A stretch of DNA of 60,234 bases, counting the filler, from an uncultured bacterium (GTDB taxonomy: Bacteria > Latescibacterota > UBA2968), in assembly GCA_964471275.1 (NCBI GenBank). It is 2 parts of 2 records of this genome, joined end to end, with 100 filler letters (N's around TTAATTAATTAA, not from the genome) between each part and the next. Parts side by side here need not be neighbours in the genome. Positions count along the whole stretch, not along the records: positions 1 to 30,768 come from CAYYGZ010000023.1; 1 more part is not named here. The stretch is one strand, 5' to 3'. Below the pieces are notes generated by a model. That model was not told the DNA's origin, did not search any database, and worked only from the letters and a program-made list of their open reading frames with translations. Numbering within the stretch: the stretch's first letter is position 1; every line of letters starts with the position of its first letter. Positions 1 through 8,928 of the stretch are shown in pieces. The translations under genes were made by a program, and so were the position numbers.

Positions 1-1487
1 TTAGTTACTGTGGACACTTTCCGCCCCGATCATCTGAGCGGGTATGGATATGCCAGACAGACAACCCCATATCTGGACTCCCTGGCGGCGGACGGCGCGC
101 TGTTCGAGGAGGCGATTTCCTCCTCTTCGTGGACGACTCCCGGTCTGATATCCGTGCAAACGGGTTTGTGGGCGCCCACACACGGAGTGGATGTTCGTGG
201 GAAGAGCCTGAATCCGGGCACACCGACATTCGCCACAGAGTTGACGAAGGCCGGCTATGTGACGCCAGACATTCTGTATCTGTCATCCATACCCAACCTG
301 CAGAATCTCGGTCTCACGAAGACATACTCCGATCGCGACAAGTATCTGCCTGACGGTGATCGGGTGCTGTTCGAGGCGCTGGAAACATACAAGGACAGCA
401 CCTTCTATCTGTACTACCACTACCGTAATCTGCATCTGCCGTATAATCCCTCCGAGCCTTATGACCGTCTGTTCACAGATTCAGATTTCGATCGTGACGG
501 CTTCACGCGGGAGCGCGTCGCGTCTGTTAGGGAGAATGTGACGATCCCGCTGGGTACGTTGACATTCAGCCCCAGCGACAGCACCTGGGTCCGCGGTCTA
601 TACGATGGTCAACTACGCGAGATGGATGAGACCTTCTTCCGCCCGCTTATCCAGAAACTCAAGGCCCTGGGGTTGTATGACCGGACACTGGTGATCGTGA
701 CTGCGGATCATGGGGAGGAGCTTCTCGAACACGGTTTTATCGGTCATCCCTCCACGTCGTTCCGAGGTTCTGCATACGAAGAGCAGATCCGGATCCCCCT
801 GATCATGACTTGCCCGGTGGCCATCCCCGGTGGTGTCCGTGTCCGGTCGCAGGTTCAGAATGTGGACATCCTGCCGACCGCTCTGGACTTCCTGGGGCTT
901 CCGATACCTCAATCCGTGCAAGGCCGGTCCGTGCGGGAGATCATCAGCGGGAGGCAGACCGATGAACGGTCAGCGTACACAGAGACGACGCAGGGCGGGT
1001 ATCAGTCGACGCCGGATATGATGAAGGTCCGGGTCCGCGCTCATCGAGCACCCCCGTGGAAGCTGATTCATACGCTGGGACCCGGAATCGATCGGTATGA
1101 GCTCTACAACCTCGAGGATGATTCGTCAGAACGGAGGGATGTGTCTGGCGCACAACCAGAAATCCTGACCCGGATGAGAGGCGAGCTTCACGCGTGGGCG
1201 CTATCCTCGAACCAGCGCCGGGAGACGCCTGCAGAGACGAGCTTCCTCAAGCACGAGGGCGAGATTGAGATCCTCTTCCCTGGCGACGGAGATACGCTTC
1301 GCTACGTGGACGGGATGAAGACCGTTGACGTGAGATGGTCCGGGACGGAAGATGCCGCGTATGTGATCGAATATCGTGTGGGGGAGGGGAACTACCACTT
1401 GGAAGGTACGATTCCCGTCGAGGGACTCACGTCGACCCACGGACCGTTCACCGAAGAAATGTGGAATATGCTGACACTCTACAATCC
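1..1487 (+). CDS. Sulfatase/alkaline-phosphatase superfamily protein with C-terminal extension (5' partial; 3' end lost in gap 1488-1587)
   Basis: LVTVDTFRPDHL, SSWTTPG, TADHGEE and WKLI...ELYNLEDD motifs; frame open from base 1 into the gap. Confidence 0.85.
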
Positions 1488-1587
1488 NNNNNNNNNNNNN
1501 NNNNNNNNNNNNNNNNNNNNNNNNNNNNNNNNNNNNNNNNNNNNNNNNNNNNNNNNNNNNNNNNNNNNNNNNNNNNNNNNNNNNNNN

Positions 1588-2036
1588 TCTGGGGGACAGC
1601 CTACCGCCTGACTCACGGACGGATCACCTACGTGGCCCCAATCCTGGCGATCGGTGTCGGTCTCTGGCTGGTTGCTCGGATCGTGAGCTTCAGGCTTCGC
1701 TGGGCGGCAGTTGCCGTGATCGTTGTCTCCGGTATCTATGTCTGGCTTCTGGTGTGGCTGAGCCAGTCCCCTGCCGAGCAGTTTCACCTCGCGGAGTACG
1801 GCCTGCTGAGCTACCTGACATTCCGAGCCTGCAGAGTCGACGTGGGATGCCCGGCTGCACTGGTCACTGGCTTGCTCGTCGCTGCAGCACTCGGCACGGG
1901 AGACGAGTTGATACAGTGGGGTCTGCCGAACCGGGTATTTGAGTGGAAGGACATCTGGCTGAATATCGGCTCCAGCTGTCTGGGGATGTCGCTGGTGTAT
2001 GTGCTGGGTCTGGGAGAGAGTCGTGAGGTTTCTTAA
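1588..2036 (+). CDS. VanZ-like membrane protein (5' end in gap)
   Basis: HLAEYGLL and GDELIQWGLPNRVFEWKDIWLN motifs with hydrophobic helices. Confidence 0.7.
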
Positions 2037-3711
2037 GTCATTCCTGCTGATACCGATCCTGTGCACGGGTGTCTCGTTCGCAGACAAGATCCCGGCACCC
2101 CTGGAAGACGTCCTGAGCGTGCTGGCTTTGACGAGGACTGACATAGGGATTGCCAAGGACTATCTGCCGGACCCGGATCGACTCAGCGTGACACGCCGCC
2201 TGCTTCGCGATCCGCTTTCTGCCGATGGTTGGCTGACATCACTGGCAGGCTCGCTGCAGGAGGGAAGCAATGACGTTCCCCTTGCCATTGCGAGAGGTCT
2301 GCTTGACTCCTCCCAGGGCGAGGCATTGGGGCCGATACGGGTGGACCCTACCGTGCTTGAGACACTTCTGCTCGATTCGGGGCAACGCATTCGTACACTC
2401 GTGCCCATCTTCGTGGGTAGACCCCTGATCGGGTTGGTGCATCCTGACTCTACGTTCAGTGCATCGGCTCTGGATGACGCCGTGGCGGAGGGACGTCGGG
2501 TCCCGGTTCTCGAATTGCTCGATGTTGCTGTCAGGCTTGTTACGGCGGCGGATCAGGTCTCTGCAGCGTTTGGGGGGCCGGTCTCCTATGAGACGGTCGT
2601 TGGCCGGGTTACAATCGGTACTGAAGGAGATGATCGATACAGCGTTCCTCACGCACTGATATTCGATCCAGGTGGAAACGATGTCTACATCGATGTTGCG
2701 GGTGTTTCATCTGAATCGGTGCCGGTTTCCGTGGTTATCGATCTGGCGGGTGACGATCGCTATCTGGGAAGGGCGGGGACCGGACGAAGCGGCGTGGGAA
2801 TCCTTGTGGACCGGTCCGGAAACGACGCCTACGATGCGAGTAACCAGAGTCAGGCCTCCGGTTTGGGCGGGATCGGCGTTCTGGTTGATCTGGATGGGGA
2901 TGATCGCTATACAACCGGTGTGGGTGGCCAGGGCTTTGGACTCTACGGAGTTGGGGTCCTGGTCGACAGATCCGGGGATGATACATACAGCGCGGATCTG
3001 CTCGCGCAGGGGAGTGCGGGCCCGGGTGGTGTTGGACTGCTGGTAGATCACTCTGGTGATGACACATACCACGCAGGGGGTGCCCATCACGACTTTCGAG
3101 AGGGCGGTGCCCACACTCAGAGTATGAGTCAGGGCTATTCGCTCGGTCTGCAGACCGAGGTCTCGGCCGGGGCCGGTCTCCTGTTCGATCTGGAGGGGAG
3201 GGATCGCTACGAGGTGTCCTACTTCGGGCAGGGGGCTTCGCACTGGGCAGGTACGGGTGCCCTGTACGACGGGCATGGCGATGACGTGTATGTTGCCCGT
3301 CGATACTCCCAGGGATGCGGCACTCATCTGTCAGCGGGTATTCTTGTCGACGTATCAGGCGACGATGTATATTCGATGTGGGGTGTTGGCCAGGGGTGCG
3401 GTCACGATCTTGCCGTGGGCGTCCTCGCAGACCGTTCGGGACACGATGAATACGTCATTATGTGGCTCGGCCAAGGTGCGGGAAGCGCGAATGGGACCGG
3501 ATTGTTGATCGACAGTTCGGGTGACGACATCTATAGAGCCAACCGTGCGGATACACAGGGGTTCGGGAGTCCGGCACGGGGGTTCGACAGCGTGGGCATC
3601 CTGCTTGATCTCGCGGGTGTGGACAGGTTTCGCAACCCATTTGCTCGTCTGCTGGTGAAGTCGGGTCAAACGGGGGCCCGCTATGATGTATCCGGGGGGC
3701 AGGTGCCGTGA
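2023..3711 (+). CDS. Secreted Gly/Asp-rich repeat protein (about 13 DxxG[DN]DxY repeats)
   Basis: GTG at 2023 after GGAGAG; signal-peptide-like N-terminus; repeats such as DPGGNDVY, DLAGDDRY, DRSGNDAY, DRSGDDTY, DSSGDDIY. Confidence 0.8.
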   Translation: MRFLKSFLLIPILCTGVSFADKIPAPLEDVLSVLALTRTDIGIAKDYLPDPDRLSVTRRLLRDPLSADGWLTSLAGSLQEGSNDVPLAIARGLLDSSQGEALGPIRVDPTVLETLLLDSGQRIRTLVPIFVGRPLIGLVHPDSTFSASALDDAVAEGRRVPVLELLDVAVRLVTAADQVSAAFGGPVSYETVVGRVTIGTEGDDRYSVPHALIFDPGGNDVYIDVAGVSSESVPVSVVIDLAGDDRYLGRAGTGRSGVGILVDRSGNDAYDASNQSQASGLGGIGVLVDLDGDDRYTTGVGGQGFGLYGVGVLVDRSGDDTYSADLLAQGSAGPGGVGLLVDHSGDDTYHAGGAHHDFREGGAHTQSMSQGYSLGLQTEVSAGAGLLFDLEGRDRYEVSYFGQGASHWAGTGALYDGHGDDVYVARRYSQGCGTHLSAGILVDVSGDDVYSMWGVGQGCGHDLAVGVLADRSGHDEYVIMWLGQGAGSANGTGLLIDSSGDDIYRANRADTQGFGSPARGFDSVGILLDLAGVDRFRNPFARLLVKSGQTGARYDVSGGQVP

Positions 3712-4541
3712 TACTCGCTGCCGCAATCGCAGTAAACAGCCTGCTGGCCGGTCTCGAAGGCGTGGACTCGGTGCGGGAAATGGCTATCGATTCTCTCACC
3801 GACTCGAGCGATGCCGTCGTTCTGGCTATCCTCGAATATGCCGGCTGGCGAGGGCGTGATGCTGCGATCGCTGCCCTTGAACGATCAGTTCCGCCGAGGG
3901 TGGGTCGATTGCTGGATGCAGCGAAAGAACATCCGAAACTTGCCACGCGAAGGTCCGCTATCCGAAGCCTGGCGCGTGTCGGTCCGACGGGTGTGTGTGA
4001 TTCATTAGCGACGCTGTTCGGACACGGGAGCGATGCCGTGATCCTGGATGCCATTACGGGGCGACGAGATTGCGATATCTCACGGGTCGTGCCGTTCCTG
4101 GCCTCGCCGGACAATGATGTCAGAAGGAGAGCGCTTTCCGCTCACACACGTCTCGACACCACGTCCAGGGCTCCGGTTGCCCTGCGTTTTCTGCAGGATC
4201 CGGATCGGGGAGTAAGAAGGGTGGCCGGGGCGATACTTGCCGAGCACAGTGAGGCCGTCCTGGCGATCGGTCACGAGATGGATAGCCTCACTACCACGGG
4301 CAGATCGGAAGTATTGCGGGTCCTGGGCGAGATCGGTGGGCCGGAAGCCGAGCGGCTTCTGATCGCTTCGCTGGACGACGAGCAATGGCCCCACAGGTAT
4401 CTTGCGGGAGAAGGGCTGATCCAGGCGGGTACAATAGCGTCCCTGGACTCTATTAGAGATCGGATCAGCACGGAAACACATCCACTTGTGCTGGAGATTC
4501 TGAGGGTGGCGGAGAAGAGACTGAGCACGGACACCAAATGA
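3708..4541 (+). CDS. HEAT-repeat (PBS-lyase-like) protein
   Basis: Repeated L.D.D..VRR.A helical pattern; GTGA overlap with upstream stop. Confidence 0.75.
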   Translation: MILAAAIAVNSLLAGLEGVDSVREMAIDSLTDSSDAVVLAILEYAGWRGRDAAIAALERSVPPRVGRLLDAAKEHPKLATRRSAIRSLARVGPTGVCDSLATLFGHGSDAVILDAITGRRDCDISRVVPFLASPDNDVRRRALSAHTRLDTTSRAPVALRFLQDPDRGVRRVAGAILAEHSEAVLAIGHEMDSLTTTGRSEVLRVLGEIGGPEAERLLIASLDDEQWPHRYLAGEGLIQAGTIASLDSIRDRISTETHPLVLEILRVAEKRLSTDTK

Positions 4542-6817
4542 GCACACACAGTACTCCACATAACACCAGCGAGATCCTCCGGCGGGTGATCCTGATCGGA
4601 ATTGGCGCGATGCTGATACTGGTGCCACTCTACTTCTCGCCATCCATGAGTGACTACCACACACCCAAGTTCATTCTTGTGCAGGTTTTCGCCACAATTC
4701 TTGGCGCCCTGCTCCTCATCAGTATGGTGTTCGATGGCGAGGTCTACATCCTTGACCATCCGATCTATTACACCATGCTTGCCTTTCTCGCAGCGAACTT
4801 TATTTCGCTCTTCCAGGCCCACAATATCTACCAGGGCCTCTACCATCTGTGGATCCAGGCGTGCTTTTTTACGGTAGCCATCCTCTGCTTTCACTGTGTT
4901 CGGAGTCGCGCACAGGTACGAGTTCTGGCTGGAATGATGAGCGGTGCCGGCGGCATCGTAGCCCTTGTCGGGCTTCTCCAGCACAATGGCGTGTATCATT
5001 TCTACTATCGCTGGAACATCCCGGCATCCACGATTGGAAACGTAAACTTCATCGCTGAGTACTACAATGTGGTTTATCCCATTTCGCTGGTCATGCTTCT
5101 GATCGTGAAGCGGGCCTGGCTTTGGTGCCTACTTCTGTCTGCCTGTTTCATGATGACGTGTCATCTGATCGTGATGGGAAGTCGAGGGGGGTGGTTGGGT
5201 GTCGTGATTGCCGCAGGTGTCATAGGCGGCGCAGAACTTATTCGCCGCTACCATATCCGTCGCCGTGCTCTCGATGCCCTGATGGTCGGCGCGCTCAGCG
5301 TTCTATTGATCTGGCCAATCCTGACGAGCGTGGCTTCTGGGCTGCCCGTCACCAAGGAGCACACGCTTGCCGGATTGTCACGTAGCTACTGGGAGCTTGT
5401 GTCCAAGCGCAGCGCCGACGCCCTGGCACTGCGAGACGATTCGACCCGACAACGCGTGCTCCTTTGGGAGGATACGCTGTCGATGATCGCGGGGAACCCC
5501 CTGCTGGGTGTGGGGGCGGGGAATTACGAATTCAATATCCAGCCGTATCTCGGACTCGAGAGCTTGACGCTCAAGGCTAAACTGGAAGAACAGAACAATG
5601 CGGAGCACATGATCTTCCGTGCCCACAACGAGTATCTGGAGGTCTGGTCCGAAACAGGGCTCCTGGGTATTGTCATCTTCCTCATTCTGCTGATACAGAT
5701 CGTCCGATCCGTTATCCGGCTCCTGTTGGCGTATGTCAGGGGAGAGGAGGAGCCTCTGGTCATCGGTCTGAGCGCTGCCGTCCTGGCGACGCTCACCCAC
5801 GCGTTTTTTAGCTCGAATTTCCAGAATCCTGCATCTGCGATCGTCTTCTGGATTGTTGTCGGTTTTGTCTGGGTCTACTCCGTGAGGCTGGAAGACAGAG
5901 CACGACTGGGATTGTTTGACACCTCCTCAGACGGTTTCTCTTTCGGGCTCGCAGCTGCCGGTGTCATCATCGTGTTGTTCACGTGCTATCACGGCCTGCG
6001 TATGAGGGAGGGAGCAGTCCTCTTCCAGGATGCACGCACCCAGATCACACGTGGTCAGCCGGAAGCGGCACTGAGGACTCTGGAGAATTCTTTACAACTC
6101 CCTTCGCCTAAACCTTTTGCCACACACGAGATGATCGGGAAACTCCATCATCGGTTCGGCAATTGGCAAGCTGCGGAGGGTGCGCTGCGAAAGAGCTTGA
6201 CCTACCACGACAATCATCCAGGCGTCTACTACTATCTCGGGCGGTCTCTGGCACAGCAAGGCAAGACAGAGGAAGCCCTGAGGGCCGTGAACCGAGCGGT
6301 TTCGTTGGAGCCGATGCGTGCGGAGTATCGTGTTACACTGGGTACGACGCTCGGACAGATCGGGAGTGTGGAGGAAGCGATTGCTGCATTGCAGAAGGCT
6401 CTGAGCCTGGATTCCAATTCGAAATCCGCCTACTACGCGTTGGGTGGGGTGGAGAACTCGAGGGGAAACTACCAGGCGGCTCTCGAGGCGTTTGAAGAGG
6501 CGCTGACCCTGGACCCATCTGATCTGGATATACGGAATAGTCGGGCCAAGGAACTGATCTTTCTGGAGCGATTCGATGAGGCCATTCGCGAGTTGACACG
6601 CATTGTTGTGGAAGACGCAACGCTGGTCGCGCCGCGGATGAACCTCGCTGTGGCGCTCTACAACCGCGGCGACGCTCAGGAAGCGGTGGCCGCGTGCGCG
6701 GATGTCCTGAGGCGATGGCCTAATTACCGTAATGCACGTGATCTGATGGCCGTTATCTATGACAGCATCGGCGAATCGGATCGCGCGCAAAAGGTCAGAT
6801 CTGGCGATCTCCCATGA
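4538..6817 (+). CDS. O-antigen ligase (Wzy_C)-like membrane protein with C-terminal TPR repeats
   Basis: Many TM helices; STIGNVNF, SRGGWLG, PLLGVGAGNY, AHNEYLE; TPR-like helices in last 270 aa; ATGA overlap. Confidence 0.85.
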   Translation: MSTHSTPHNTSEILRRVILIGIGAMLILVPLYFSPSMSDYHTPKFILVQVFATILGALLLISMVFDGEVYILDHPIYYTMLAFLAANFISLFQAHNIYQGLYHLWIQACFFTVAILCFHCVRSRAQVRVLAGMMSGAGGIVALVGLLQHNGVYHFYYRWNIPASTIGNVNFIAEYYNVVYPISLVMLLIVKRAWLWCLLLSACFMMTCHLIVMGSRGGWLGVVIAAGVIGGAELIRRYHIRRRALDALMVGALSVLLIWPILTSVASGLPVTKEHTLAGLSRSYWELVSKRSADALALRDDSTRQRVLLWEDTLSMIAGNPLLGVGAGNYEFNIQPYLGLESLTLKAKLEEQNNAEHMIFRAHNEYLEVWSETGLLGIVIFLILLIQIVRSVIRLLLAYVRGEEEPLVIGLSAAVLATLTHAFFSSNFQNPASAIVFWIVVGFVWVYSVRLEDRARLGLFDTSSDGFSFGLAAAGVIIVLFTCYHGLRMREGAVLFQDARTQITRGQPEAALRTLENSLQLPSPKPFATHEMIGKLHHRFGNWQAAEGALRKSLTYHDNHPGVYYYLGRSLAQQGKTEEALRAVNRAVSLEPMRAEYRVTLGTTLGQIGSVEEAIAALQKALSLDSNSKSAYYALGGVENSRGNYQAALEAFEEALTLDPSDLDIRNSRAKELIFLERFDEAIRELTRIVVEDATLVAPRMNLAVALYNRGDAQEAVAACADVLRRWPNYRNARDLMAVIYDSIGESDRAQKVRSGDLP

Positions 6818-6833
6818 GGAAGGTGGTCGGCTG

Positions 6834-6977
6834 GTGTATCCAGATGATCCCAGACCTGGCCGGGCGAAACGGTCGGGAAGAGAGCAAGTGCTGGCGCTGC
6901 TGATCGCGATCGGTGTTGCTATCGTTGTGACACTATTTGGTGGTGTTTTTCTCTATGTCGCCAGGATGATGCAATAG
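6834..6977 (+). CDS. Small single-pass membrane protein
   Basis: GTG after GAGGAAGG; hydrophobic VLALLIAIGVAIVVTLFGGVFLYV. Confidence 0.45.
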   Translation: MYPDDPRPGRAKRSGREQVLALLIAIGVAIVVTLFGGVFLYVARMMQ

Positions 6978-7060
6978 AGTCAGGCGACGTCACATGCACC
7001 GAGCGCTGCCGCATCCCGGAAACAGTGCGTTCCCCTTGGGATTCCCACGGGGAACGCAAG

Positions 7061-7807
7061 TCAATACGTCGCTCGTCCTCCGCTGACATCGAAGCACTGC
7101 CCGGTGGCGAAAGTCGATTCATCTGACACCAGGAACAGGATGGTAGCGGCAACCTCCTCGGGTCTGCCCAGGCGCCCAAGCGGTATCTTGGATGTCAGAA
7201 AATCCACGCGCTCCTGATCCATTCCTGCCAGGAGCGGCGAGTCGATCAAGGCGGGCGCAACGCAGTTTACGCGAACCCCTACGTCCAGAACCTCCTTCGC
7301 CAACGCCTTTGTAAAGCAGATGACGCCGGCCTTCGATACCGAGTAGGGTACCATGTTGGCGTTCCCTTCCTTGCCAGATATCGATGCGACGGATACGATG
7401 GTGCCTGACTCCCGAGGGATCATGTGGCGGACTGCAGCACGCGAGCAGAGGAAGGTGCCCTTCAAGTTGACGTCGAGTACGTTTGACCAGTCACTTTCAG
7501 CCAGGTTCTGGACCGGTGTGTCTGTGCCCACAACACCCGCGTTGTTGACCAGGATGTCCAGTTTACCGAATTGGTCGATCACGGATCCGAGGGCACGATC
7601 CACCTGGTTCTCATCGGTTACATTGGCTTCAACCCCTATTGCGGCGCCCCCGATCTCCGACGCTGCGCGCTCCGCCCCCTCCTTTGAGATGTCGAGAATG
7701 GCGACACTCGCCCCCTCTTCCGACAACCGACGAGCAATCGCGCATCCAATTCCCTGAGCGGCCCCCGTGACGATCGCCGACCTTCCTTGCAGTGGCTGCG
7801 GGTTCAT
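7061..7807 (-). CDS. SDR family NAD(P)-dependent oxidoreductase
   Basis: TGAAQGIG, NNAG, catalytic YSVSK. Confidence 0.9.
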   Translation of the reverse strand: MNPQPLQGRSAIVTGAAQGIGCAIARRLSEEGASVAILDISKEGAERAASEIGGAAIGVEANVTDENQVDRALGSVIDQFGKLDILVNNAGVVGTDTPVQNLAESDWSNVLDVNLKGTFLCSRAAVRHMIPRESGTIVSVASISGKEGNANMVPYSVSKAGVICFTKALAKEVLDVGVRVNCVAPALIDSPLLAGMDQERVDFLTSKIPLGRLGRPEEVAATILFLVSDESTFATGQCFDVSGGRATY

Positions 7808-8928
7808 GCCATACGCTCCTTGTGTCTGTCAAGATCCAGTATGGTCTGGCTTCTGTCATCGAAAAGTGCCACCACCAGTTTACGCGTGATACGTGAGCAG
7901 GCGTAATCCTGGAGCTCCTGTTCGTCTGCCCACTCAAACCGATCGTGCTCATCAGATGCGGGTTCCCCCGCAACCCAGTCGCACTGATAGGCGTGGACCA
8001 CGGCCGTGAAGTGGGTGTATGCGTGCTTGACCGTTCGGAATGGACGGTGCGCAACCGAATTGACACCTGCGGCAGCTGCGACGGTGTCGCATATCTGATC
8101 GGGCCGCGGCGCGGTATCCACTTCCCGCGACGGGAACTCCCACAGCCCCCCAAGAAGGCCCTGTTCTTTTCTGCGGCCAACCAGGTACCGATCGTGTTGC
8201 CTTAGGATTGCCGCTGCATACGTTCGCTCGGGCCGTGGTTTTGCGCTCGATTTCCTTGGTATTCGATCTACCACTCCTCGAGCCGATGCACGACAGTGCC
8301 TCTGAATCGGACACGTGGGGCAGACAGGATTACGGGGTTTGCACACCGTCGCGCCCAACTCCATCATTGCCTGATTGTGATCGCCGGGTCGTTTGTCGTT
8401 CAGAAGCTCATCGGCCGTGTGCTGCAGGGCTCGTTTCACTGCGGGTCGATCGGTCTCTTTCTCGTTCGCCTGCAGTCTCGCCAACACGCGGATGACATTC
8501 CCATCGAGAACGGCGTGCTGTTTCGCGTAAGCGATGCTCAAGACGGCAGCTGTCGTGTATGGCCCGAAACCTGGAAGCGCGAAGAGCGAGTCGTATTCCT
8601 CGGGAACCGATCCATTGTGCTCACGGGATATGGCCATCGCCGCTTTATGGAGGTTCCGCGCTCGTGAGTAGTATCCAAGGCCCTCCCAAAGCTTCAGAAC
8701 TTCATCGAGATCAGCATCTGCGAGGGTGTGGACCGTGGGGAAGGCGGATATGAATCGTTCATAGTAGGGTATGACCGTGTCCACTCGTGTCTGCTGCAGC
8801 ATGAACTCTGACAGGACGATGCGATAAGGATCCGATGTCTGTCGCCAGGGCATGTCGCGTTTCTGTTTGTTGTACCAGGAGAGAAGGAGCCGTCTCAGAG
8901 ACGCCTTCTCCTTGCTTGTCCAGATCAT
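7804..8928 (-). CDS. mutY: A/G-specific adenine glycosylase MutY
   Basis: SEFMLQQT, WEGLGYYSRARNLHK, LDGNVIR, FCL motif CKPRNPVCPTCPIQRHC, GGLWEFP; start set at the ATGA overlap. Confidence 0.95.
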   Translation of the reverse strand: MIWTSKEKASLRRLLLSWYNKQKRDMPWRQTSDPYRIVLSEFMLQQTRVDTVIPYYERFISAFPTVHTLADADLDEVLKLWEGLGYYSRARNLHKAAMAISREHNGSVPEEYDSLFALPGFGPYTTAAVLSIAYAKQHAVLDGNVIRVLARLQANEKETDRPAVKRALQHTADELLNDKRPGDHNQAMMELGATVCKPRNPVCPTCPIQRHCRASARGVVDRIPRKSSAKPRPERTYAAAILRQHDRYLVGRRKEQGLLGGLWEFPSREVDTAPRPDQICDTVAAAAGVNSVAHRPFRTVKHAYTHFTAVVHAYQCDWVAGEPASDEHDRFEWADEQELQDYACSRITRKLVVALFDDRSQTILDLDRHKERMA

